Numbered from the stretch's first letter, positions 14,543 to 21,676 are shown. The stretch is DNA of 24,000 nt from Comamonas odontotermitis (GCF_040396735.1 NZ_JBEBNZ010000015.1:76864-100863); one strand, 5' to 3'. Made by a program: numbers and translations. Notes: generated by a model not told the origin, from the sequence alone.

Positions 14543-16999
14543 TCAATAGCGGAGCACCTGAACCGATGTGGCGCGGCGATCCACTTCGGCAGCCGTCAGC
14601 GCTTCGCGCTTGCAGCCAAAGTTCTTGAACAGCTCCATCTGATCGGCGTAATGCGGCGATTTGGTGCCATCCGGCGCAACAAAGCCACTTTGGCCGGGTG
14701 GTGCAGCAGTGCACAGGCTCACGCCCTTGGCACCGAGCACCACCTTGTCGTTCTGGGTACCGCGGTTCATATAGCTTGGCAGCGTGAGCAACTCATCGGC
14801 ATTGGCTTGCGGCGCACCGATGAAGTTCTTGGTCAGAAAAACATGCCGGGTGACAGGCGTACGCCATGCGGCGGTATCCGCGCCATGGCGCTGCTCCAAC
14901 GCTTTCACGGCTTCGGCCAGCGTAGCGCGCAGTACTGCGTTCTTATCCCTGCCATTGAAGAAGTCAAAGGTCTGCGGCACACCCGCCTTGGCACCTAGGA
15001 GCGCGTTGTAGACCAGCTTGAGCCCATTGCCTGGCCGAATGCTCGCCACCTGCGTATCGCCTGCATAGCCGCCACCTGCATAGGCGGCAAACACCTCAGG
15101 CGGCAGATCATCGGCCAATACGGTCTTGAAAAGAACCGGCAGCCAGGTCATCATCAGCGTCGTGGCCGGGCTGTCATAGCTGCCGCGCTCCGATGGGTCT
15201 TCATTGAGCATGTTCCAGCCAGCCAGAAGTTGCGCTGCGCGGCGGGCCGGATCATTGGGCGGCAGGCCGCGCGTGGCCTCGGCGACAAAGGGCAGCAGAT
15301 AGCGCGCATTGGTGTCTGCGTAGGCGGTGGCACGGTTGAGGTCCCACAACTCCTCGGGGGTGAGACGGGCCTTGGCATTGAGCCTGGCGCTGAATTCGTG
15401 CACACGGTCCACCACCGAATAGTTGCCGCCGTCACTCACGGCGCCGGGTGCCGACTGGTTGTTCCAGTTCACCACATAGCCCTGCTCCGGATTGAGCACC
15501 TGCGGGTCCTCGCGGAAGGGCCGGATGCCTTCCCACTCCATGGAACCGTCGCCCAATGCAGGAAGGCGGATGTCCTGGTGTGCAGGGCGGATCGGCAGGC
15601 GACCGGGCGACACGTAACCGATGTTCCCTTCGGTGTCTGCGTAATACCAGTTGATGGTGATGGCCACGCGCGAAGCCTGGGCCAGCCATTGCTGCCAGTT
15701 CTGCGCCCGCATCGAGTGGATCCAACCCAGCAGGGACTCCAGCTCGTAGCCGTCCCAACTGCGCTTCATCGAGTAGGCAACGCCGTTGGGTATGTCGAAG
15801 TTGGTGACCGTGCCATGCACCGTCGAAAAAATATCCAGGCTCTGGTCGGCTTCTGCCTTGACCTTGATGGTCTCGGTACGCTTGGCCATGGCCCGCATCG
15901 TGCCGTTGAAACGGTACTCATGTGGATTGGCCGGGTTCAGCTGCTCCTGGTACATGTCGTTCACATCCAGCGGGCCCGCTGTGGCGCCCCAGGCGATCTT
16001 GCCGTTGGTGCCGAACAGCACCACAGGGTGCGCAAAGGGGGTGTTTCCGGTCACATCGAAACCTGCGCCGTGCAGGCCGATGCCAAACACGTATGACGGG
16101 TTGAACCAGTTGAACTGCGGCCCATTGATGAAGACCGTGCTGCCGTCACTCGTCTTTTGGGGGCCGGCGATCCAGAGGTTGCTGGCAATTGGGCGCTGCC
16201 AGGGCTGCGCAACGCCTCGGTGCGCGGCATCCATTTCGTCGCGCGCTGCCAGCAATTCTGGCGAGACGGGCGCAAGCCTGGCCAGGTGCCCGTCATTCGC
16301 TACAACCTGCCGGATGGCACCATTGATGCGAGGCACCGTGGTAGGAGCCAGGAGGTCTTCCACCCAGCGGATCTGGTCGAACAACTGCCTGCCCTGCACA
16401 TCGCCCTTGGCCTTGCGCAACTGCTCCAGCAGGCGCAGATTGGCGAGCTCGCTGCTCACATTGGAATAGCGGTTGGCCATGGTGCCGACCCAGATCATGG
16501 CCACGTCGTAGCCCGTCCAGTCGGCCTTGGGCTCAAAGCCGGCGTCGATGAACTGCCTTGGCAACAGGGTGGCACGCGCTGCCAGCACCTCGTTCACGCG
16601 GGCATTGAAGCCGGCGGCATAGCCATCGAAGATGGCCTTGTCGTCTGGTGACAGACGGGCCATCTGGCCTCTGATCGATTCCGGCGAGAAACTGGCACGG
16701 CTGCCCTTGTCGAGCGCGACGTAGGCAGGCCCCATTACTTCGGAGACGGTGCCCAGTACAGCGCGGCGCGCCATCTCCATCTGGAAAAGGCGGTCTTGCG
16801 CCACTGCATAGCCAAAGCCATGGAACAGTCCACGCACGTCATTGGCGTATACATGCGGCACACCAAAGTCATCACGCTTGATGGTGACCTGGCCATGCGT
16901 CGTTGCAGCGCCCATCGGGGCAATCGCGGTCGAGGCACAGCCCACGGCCAGCAATGCGGCAGCAGTGATCAGGGAAATGCGGCGGAGCGTGAAGTTCAT
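14543..16999 (-). CDS. pac: Penicillin G acylase-type Ntn hydrolase (phenylacetyl-amide amidohydrolase precursor: signal, alpha chain, spacer, beta chain)
   Basis: The 818-aa protein is collinear with remembered E. coli PGA. Alpha chain: DDFGVPHVYANDxxGLFHGFGYAVAQDRLFQMEMARR, VGTMANRYS. The beta chain begins at the Ser273 codon (16181-16183): SNLWIAG...INGPQF, GIGLHGAGFDVTGNTPFAHP, ITINWYYADTEGNIGY, NWNN, PPGQSGFVAPDG..HY.DQ. The N-terminus MNFTLRRISLITAAALLAVGC is an export signal. Confidence 0.9.
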   Translation of the reverse strand: MNFTLRRISLITAAALLAVGCASTAIAPMGAATTHGQVTIKRDDFGVPHVYANDVRGLFHGFGYAVAQDRLFQMEMARRAVLGTVSEVMGPAYVALDKGSRASFSPESIRGQMARLSPDDKAIFDGYAAGFNARVNEVLAARATLLPRQFIDAGFEPKADWTGYDVAMIWVGTMANRYSNVSSELANLRLLEQLRKAKGDVQGRQLFDQIRWVEDLLAPTTVPRINGAIRQVVANDGHLARLAPVSPELLAARDEMDAAHRGVAQPWQRPIASNLWIAGPQKTSDGSTVFINGPQFNWFNPSYVFGIGLHGAGFDVTGNTPFAHPVVLFGTNGKIAWGATAGPLDVNDMYQEQLNPANPHEYRFNGTMRAMAKRTETIKVKAEADQSLDIFSTVHGTVTNFDIPNGVAYSMKRSWDGYELESLLGWIHSMRAQNWQQWLAQASRVAITINWYYADTEGNIGYVSPGRLPIRPAHQDIRLPALGDGSMEWEGIRPFREDPQVLNPEQGYVVNWNNQSAPGAVSDGGNYSVVDRVHEFSARLNAKARLTPEELWDLNRATAYADTNARYLLPFVAEATRGLPPNDPARRAAQLLAGWNMLNEDPSERGSYDSPATTLMMTWLPVLFKTVLADDLPPEVFAAYAGGGYAGDTQVASIRPGNGLKLVYNALLGAKAGVPQTFDFFNGRDKNAVLRATLAEAVKALEQRHGADTAAWRTPVTRHVFLTKNFIGAPQANADELLTLPSYMNRGTQNDKVVLGAKGVSLCTAAPPGQSGFVAPDGTKSPHYADQMELFKNFGCKREALTAAEVDRRATSVQVLRY

Positions 17000-17049
17000 G
17001 GGGCTGGCCTGTGGCAGGGAATCGAGTTGAACAATGGTCTGTCAGGCCA

Positions 17050-18366
17050 TCAACGGGGCCGCTTGTCGAACACGCGCCGGGCCTTGCCGGTCTGCGTGCG
17101 CTCAATGCCGTCCGGATCGAACACCCGCACCGTCGTGGAGATGCCCACCAGCGTCTTGATGCGGTGCTGCACCCATTGCGCGATTTCAGTGCGCTCGCCA
17201 TCGGCCATGCCGCGCAGCGCGGGCACCAGTTCGCAATGCACCTCCACAGTGTCCAGCAGCCCTTCGCGGTTGATATGCAGTTGGTACACGCCGGTGAGCT
17301 TCTGGTGCGCCAGCACAATCTCTTCCACCTGGGTGGGAAAGACATTGACGCCACGGATGATCATCATGTCGTCGCTGCGCCCCACAATCTTTCCCATGCG
17401 GCGGAAGGAGCGCGCCGTCGGCGGCAGCAGGCGCGTCAGATCACGTGTGCGGTAGCGGATGATGGGCATGGCCTCCTTGGACAGGGAGGTAAAGACCAGC
17501 TCGCCTTCTTCGCCATCGGCCACCACTTCGCCGGTATCCGGGTTGATGATCTCCGGGTAGAAATGGTCTTCCCAGATGACCGGGCCGTCCTTGGTTTCCA
17601 CGCATTCACTGGCCACGCCGGGGCCCATCACTTCAGAAAGGCCATAGATATCCACGGCATCGAGCCCTGCCTTGTGCTCGATATCCTTGCGCATGGCTTC
17701 GGTCCAGGGTTCGGCGCCAAAGATGCCGATCTTGAGCGAGCTGGCGGCAGCGTCCAGCCCCTGGCGCTGGAACTCTTCCACCAGCACCTGCATGTAGCTG
17801 GGCGTCACCATGATGATGTCAGGCTTGAAATCGGTGATCAGTTGCACCTGCTTTTCCGTCTGTCCGCCCGACATGGGCACCACGGTGCAGCCGGCGCGTT
17901 CTGATCCGTAGTGCGCCCCCAGGCCACCAGTGAACAGGCCGTAGCCATAGGCCACATGCACCATGTCGCCCTGGCGCCCACCGGCTGCACGAATGGAACG
18001 CGCCACCAGGTCAGCCCAGGTATTGATGTCCTTGAGCGTGTAGCCCACTACGGTCGGCTTTCCTGTCGTGCCGCTGGAGGCATGCACACGTGCCACCTCG
18101 TTGCGTGGCACGGCAAACATCCCGAAGGGGTAGTTGTCGCGCAACTCTTTCTTGGTGGTGAATGGAAACTTGGCCAGGTCCTGGAGACTCTTCAGATCCG
18201 ACGGATGCACGCCTTTGGCATCAAAGGCCTGGCGGTAGTGCGGTACGTTGTCATAGGCATGCTGCAGCGACCAGCGCAGGCGCTGCAGCTGCAAGGCCTC
18301 GATTTCGTCGCGGCTGGCCGTCTCTATGGGGTCGAACACGCTGGCTGGGGAAACTCGGTCATTCAT
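17050..18366 (-). CDS. paaK: Phenylacetate-CoA ligase
   Basis: The start is trimmed to ATG 18366 (GAGG 9 nt upstream). FDPIETASRDEIEALQLQRLRWSLQHAYDNVPHYRQAFD matches the E. coli PaaK N-terminus. AMP-binding motif SSGTTGKPT. At 438 aa it is close to the 437 aa of E. coli PaaK. Confidence 0.95.
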   Translation of the reverse strand: MNDRVSPASVFDPIETASRDEIEALQLQRLRWSLQHAYDNVPHYRQAFDAKGVHPSDLKSLQDLAKFPFTTKKELRDNYPFGMFAVPRNEVARVHASSGTTGKPTVVGYTLKDINTWADLVARSIRAAGGRQGDMVHVAYGYGLFTGGLGAHYGSERAGCTVVPMSGGQTEKQVQLITDFKPDIIMVTPSYMQVLVEEFQRQGLDAAASSLKIGIFGAEPWTEAMRKDIEHKAGLDAVDIYGLSEVMGPGVASECVETKDGPVIWEDHFYPEIINPDTGEVVADGEEGELVFTSLSKEAMPIIRYRTRDLTRLLPPTARSFRRMGKIVGRSDDMMIIRGVNVFPTQVEEIVLAHQKLTGVYQLHINREGLLDTVEVHCELVPALRGMADGERTEIAQWVQHRIKTLVGISTTVRVFDPDGIERTQTGKARRVFDKRPR

Positions 18367-18393
18367 GTTGGGAACCTCTAGGCATCTTGACAA

Positions 18394-18852
18394 TCAGTCT
18401 TGGGCGGGTACGGTCTGCTTGCCCTTCATGCGGTATGAACGCCCCCGGAACAGGGCGATCACCTCTCCCGCCCCATTGCAGATCCGTACGTCGTACACAC
18501 CGGTCCGACCCGCCTGTGAAACCTCTCTGGCTTCGGCCACCAGCACGTCGCCCGGCTTGCCGGGCGCTACAAAATCCACCGACAGGCCCGATGCCACCGT
18601 CATTTCGTTGTAGCTGTTGCAGGCGTAGGCAAAGGCGGTGTCGCCCAAGGTCGTGATATAGCCCCCATGGCAGATGTCAAAGCCATTGAGCATGTCGCTG
18701 CGCACCGCCATCTCGATGGTGGCCTCGCCCGGCGCCATGTGGGTGACGCGCATGCCCAGCCCCTGCGCAGCACGGTCACGGGCAAACATCCCGTCGCGCA
18801 CGCGCTCGGCGAGCTGTTGCGAAGTCATCATGTTGGAAGCGTTGGCATCCAT
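18394..18852 (-). CDS. paaI: Hydroxyphenylacetyl-CoA thioesterase (hotdog fold)
   Basis: The start is trimmed to ATG 18852 (GGAG 8 nt upstream); the 208-aa version in the ORF track overlaps paaG. MLNGFDICHGGYITTLGDTAFAYACNS...GRTGVYDVRI...ALFRGRSYR matches E. coli PaaI. Confidence 0.9.
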   Translation of the reverse strand: MDANASNMMTSQQLAERVRDGMFARDRAAQGLGMRVTHMAPGEATIEMAVRSDMLNGFDICHGGYITTLGDTAFAYACNSYNEMTVASGLSVDFVAPGKPGDVLVAEAREVSQAGRTGVYDVRICNGAGEVIALFRGRSYRMKGKQTVPAQD

Positions 18853-18880
18853 GGTCAATCTCCAAAACAAGCAGGACGCA

Positions 18881-19711
18881 TCAGCGGTCGCTGAAAGCAG
18901 GTGCGCGCTTGGCCATGAAGGCCGCAACCCCTTCCAGGTAGTCGTGGGCGCTGCCCAGCCGCTTTTGCTCGCGCGCTTCCAGTGCGAGCGATGCGGAAAA
19001 TTCGAGGTCTTGCGCCGCATCCATGGCGCGGCGCGTGGTCACGAGGGCCTGGGTCGGCATGGAAGCAAGGCGGCTGGCAAGGATTTCCACCTCCGCCAGA
19101 AAGGCGGTATCCGGCACACACCGCCATATCAAGCCGATGCGCTCTGCCTCGGCTGCGGGCAGCTTGTCACCCAGCAATGCCAGGCCCAGTGCGCGCTGGC
19201 GTCCCACCAGGCGCGGCAGCAGCCAGGTGCCGCCACTGTCGGGCAGCAAGCCAATCTTGGTAAACGCCTGGATGAAATTGGCCGACTCTGCCGCCACCAC
19301 CAGATCACAGCACAGCGCGATATTGGCGCCCGCGCCAGCCGCCACGCCATTGACCGCTGCAATCACCGGAACAGGCATGGCGCGCAACTGCTCGCACAGG
19401 GGCCGGTAGTGGCGCTCGATCAGCACGCTCAAATCCGTAGGCTCCTGGCCTGCGGGCGCTGGTGCCGCACCCTCATCGGCCAGATCCTGCCCTGCGCAGA
19501 AACCGCGCCCGGCCCCAGTCAGCACCACGCAGCGCACGTCGGCATCGGCAGCCGCTGCCTGCAAGGCAGAGGCCAGCGCGCGGTGCATGGCCTGCGTGAA
19601 GCTGTTGAGCGCCTGCGGGCGATTGAGCGTAATGATGCATACGCTGCCCCGGCGCTCCTGCAGCACCAGCGGTTCGCCGGATGGATTCGTGGTTGGGCTC
19701 GCTTCTGGCAT
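18881..19711 (-). CDS. paaG: 1,2-epoxyphenylacetyl-CoA isomerase (crotonase family)
   Basis: ITLNRPQALNSF, VLTGAGRGFCAGQDL, AAVNGVAAGAGANIAL, GLLPDSGGTWLLPRLVG and EGVAAFMAKRAP match E. coli PaaG. The start is placed at ATG 19711; the TTG 19777 extension is unlikely. The start remains uncertain because the SD is weak. Confidence 0.88.
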   Translation of the reverse strand: MPEASPTTNPSGEPLVLQERRGSVCIITLNRPQALNSFTQAMHRALASALQAAAADADVRCVVLTGAGRGFCAGQDLADEGAAPAPAGQEPTDLSVLIERHYRPLCEQLRAMPVPVIAAVNGVAAGAGANIALCCDLVVAAESANFIQAFTKIGLLPDSGGTWLLPRLVGRQRALGLALLGDKLPAAEAERIGLIWRCVPDTAFLAEVEILASRLASMPTQALVTTRRAMDAAQDLEFSASLALEAREQKRLGSAHDYLEGVAAFMAKRAPAFSDR

Positions 19712-19783
19712 GTCCGTGCTTTCTACAACGTGGTACCTGGCTGGCTTTTGTCGTTGATGTCGATCAAAATTCAGCAAATCTCT

Positions 19784-19812
19784 TTGACCGACCGTTCGGT
19801 AAATAATATACT
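19784..19812 (+). promoter_or_regulatory. Candidate sigma70 promoter for paaN (TTGACC-17 nt-TATACT)
   Basis: -35 TTGACC at 19784-19789, a 17-nt spacer, and -10 TATACT at 19807-19812. It lies in the AT-rich divergent intergenic region about 140 nt upstream of the paaN ATG. Confidence 0.45.
19787..19800. promoter_or_regulatory. Candidate PaaR (TetR-type) operator: imperfect palindrome ACCGA-CCGT-TCGGT
   Basis: ACCGACCGTTCGGT has 5-bp perfect outer arms (ACCGA/TCGGT). It overlaps the -35/spacer of the paaN promoter candidate and the predicted +1 region of the paaG promoter candidate. On the other strand it reads CGAACGGTCGGT, one mismatch from the Thermus PaaR consensus as I remember it (CNAACGNNCGTTNG). 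Confidence 0.45.
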
Positions 19813-19833
19813 GATTCTCAGGTGTTGATGCAA
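19805..19833 (-). promoter_or_regulatory. Candidate sigma70 promoter for the paaG-led operon (TTGCAT-17 nt-TATATT)
   Basis: On the minus strand, -35 TTGCAT is at 19833-19828, followed by a 17-nt spacer and -10 TATATT at 19810-19805. This -10 overlaps the + strand -10 by 4 bp. Confidence 0.45.
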
Positions 19834-19951
19834 GTCATAAAAGACTCAGAGAAAACCCGCAGTCGCCAAATAATTTGCCTTGGCTCATGCGGTGGCCTTC
19901 TGGCGTCCATTGCAGCATTCGCACCCCACCACCACCCACCCGGAGACATGC

Positions 19952-21607
19952 ATGACCTTGTTTGACAAGCACCAAGCCTTGCTGGACCAAGCCGTCCGCG
20001 CCGCCAAGACCCGCGAATACTGGAGCGCCTTTCCCGAAAACCCTTCGCCCAAGGTGTATGGCGAAACGGCGCAGGCTGACGGCCAGGCCGCCGCCCAGGC
20101 ATATTTCAACAGCGACTTTCCGCTTGAGCAGACCGCTACACGCGGCTGGGTGGCGACCGAGCAATCGCCGTACGGCGTGGCGTTGGATGTGCGCTACCCC
20201 GATTGCGCACCAGCAGATCTCGTGGCTGCGGCACAGGCGGCGGAGCCCGGCTGGCAGGCGCTGGGCGCGCAAGGCCGTGTCGGCCTGCTGCTGGAGGCGC
20301 TCACCCGCATCCACCAGCGCACGCATGAGATCACCCATGCCGTCATGCTGACCAGTGGCCAGGGCCCGATGATGGCCTTCCAGGCAGGTGGCCCGCATGC
20401 GCAGGACCGCGCACTCGAAGCCATTGCCTATGCATGGATGGCGCAAGCTGACATTCCTGCATCCGCGCACTGGGAAAAGCCGCAGGGCAAGAACCCGCCC
20501 CTGGTCATGCAAAAGCATTTCGAGGTGGTGGGACGCGGCATCGGCCTGGTGCTGGGTTGCGCCACCTTCCCCACCTGGAACACCTATCCCGGCCTGTTCG
20601 CCAGCCTGGCGACCGGCAACCCGGTCATCGTCAAGCCGCACCCCAATGCCGTGCTGCCCATGGCGGTCACCATTGCCATCCTGCGTGATGTGCTGCGCGA
20701 GCAAGGCCTGGACCCCAACGTGGTACAACTGGGCCTGTGTCCCCATAACGAAGACACGCAGGCGCTCGCAACCAATCCTGCGGTGGCGCTGATCGACTTT
20801 ACCGGCAGCACCGCCTTTGGCAACTGGCTGCTGGACAATGCCAAGCAGGCACGCGTGTATGCGGAAATGGCTGGGGTCAACACTGTCATCCTCGAATCGG
20901 CCAGCGATTACGCGGCCACCATGAAGAACCTCGCCTTCACGCTGGCGCTGTACAGCGGACAGATGTGCACCACCACGCAGAACATCCTGATTCCGCAGGA
21001 CGGTATCGCCACCAACGAAGGGCACAAGAGCTTTGACCAGATCGGCCAGGACCTGGGCGCAGCGCTGGCCTCCCTGCTGGACGATCCGCGCGTGGCCACT
21101 GCGGTACTGGGGGCGATTGCATCGCCTGCCACATCCGAGCGAATTGCGGCTTCTGCGCAAGTAGGCCGCGTGGTACACGCTTCACAAAAGATAGCGCACC
21201 CGCAGTTTCCGCAAGCGGTATTGCAGACGCCGCAACTGGTCGCGCTGACCGAGGCCGACGGCGCCATCTACAACCAGGAATGCTTTGGCCCGGTGGCGTA
21301 TCTGGTGGCGGTCAAGGATGGTGCAGCAGCCCTGTCCGTTGCGCAGAATACCCTGCAGCAGCATGGCGCGCTCACGCTGGGCGTGTACTCTCAGGACCCG
21401 GCATATATCGATCAAGCCGTGCGGGTCAGCCTGCGCGGCAGGGTGGCGCTGTCCATCAATCTGACACAGGGCATTTACGTCAACCAGTCGGCGGCGTTCT
21501 CCGATTTCCATGCCACCGGCGGCAATCCGGCTGCCAACGCCAGCTACACCAACCTGGCCTTTGTGGCAGACCGCTTTGTGGTGGTGCAACGCCGCGCTCA
21601 CGTGTAA
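19952..21607 (+). CDS. paaN: PaaN-type ring-opening aldehyde dehydrogenase (3-oxo-5,6-dehydrosuberyl-CoA semialdehyde dehydrogenase; ALDH domain only)
   Basis: The start is trimmed to ATG 19952 (SD GGAGA 5 nt upstream). The 551-aa ALDH-superfamily protein has the catalytic Cys block LYSGQMCTTTQNI and FTGSTAFG. It is divergent from paaG. No MaoC/hotdog domain is appended, unlike E. coli PaaZ. Confidence 0.85.
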   Translation: MTLFDKHQALLDQAVRAAKTREYWSAFPENPSPKVYGETAQADGQAAAQAYFNSDFPLEQTATRGWVATEQSPYGVALDVRYPDCAPADLVAAAQAAEPGWQALGAQGRVGLLLEALTRIHQRTHEITHAVMLTSGQGPMMAFQAGGPHAQDRALEAIAYAWMAQADIPASAHWEKPQGKNPPLVMQKHFEVVGRGIGLVLGCATFPTWNTYPGLFASLATGNPVIVKPHPNAVLPMAVTIAILRDVLREQGLDPNVVQLGLCPHNEDTQALATNPAVALIDFTGSTAFGNWLLDNAKQARVYAEMAGVNTVILESASDYAATMKNLAFTLALYSGQMCTTTQNILIPQDGIATNEGHKSFDQIGQDLGAALASLLDDPRVATAVLGAIASPATSERIAASAQVGRVVHASQKIAHPQFPQAVLQTPQLVALTEADGAIYNQECFGPVAYLVAVKDGAAALSVAQNTLQQHGALTLGVYSQDPAYIDQAVRVSLRGRVALSINLTQGIYVNQSAAFSDFHATGGNPAANASYTNLAFVADRFVVVQRRAHV

Positions 21608-21622
21608 CGCGGTCTATCAATG

Positions 21623-21676
21623 AAAAAAGCTGCCAGCGCTCACTAATCAGGCGCTGGCAGCTATCATTTTTGATTT
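21623..21676. terminator. Bidirectional rho-independent terminator between convergent paaN and the DyP peroxidase gene
   Basis: A6 run (21623-21628), then a perfect 11-bp stem GCTGCCAGCGC (21629-21639) / GCGCTGGCAGC (21651-21661) with an 11-nt loop, followed by TATCATTTTTGATTT. Confidence 0.85.

Noticed and set aside
14543-16999. The acylase as a recent horizontally acquired insertion or as a PvdQ/AiiD-type AHL acylase.
   Set aside because: I saw no flanking direct repeats, IS or integrase genes, or obvious GC or codon shift by eye. The sequence follows PGA block by block, including the phenylacetyl-pocket residue betaPhe24, rather than AHL or cephalosporin acylases. Activity on aryl-HSLs is kept only as a hypothesis under the main finding.
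17005-17049. An inverted repeat TGGCCTG ... CAGGCCA in the paaK/acylase gap, considered as a possible terminator or insertion scar.
   Set aside because: The arms are only 7 bp, the spacer is 31 nt, and no T-tract follows. There is no matching repeat at the other end of the acylase gene (14504-14542), so there is no evidence for a mobile cassette.
18853-19020. 5' extensions given in the ORF track: paaI to 19020, livH-like to 8708, livMG to 7668, paaA to 14518, paaK to 18393, paaG to 19777, paaN from 19880, hpcD from 3519.
   Set aside because: The extensions start at TTG or GTG (hpcD at an upstream ATG), lack Shine-Dalgarno sequences, overlap upstream genes or intergenic hairpins, and add residues absent from reference orthologues. 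Internal ATG codons with SD motifs or stop/start overlaps fit better.
19921-19941. A C/A-rich tract GCACCCCACCACCACCCACCC immediately upstream of the paaN Shine-Dalgarno.
   Set aside because: It could be a binding site for a translational regulator. However, it has no complementarity to the SD, I found no repeat of it elsewhere in the window, and I cannot name a matching motif family, so the support is insufficient.
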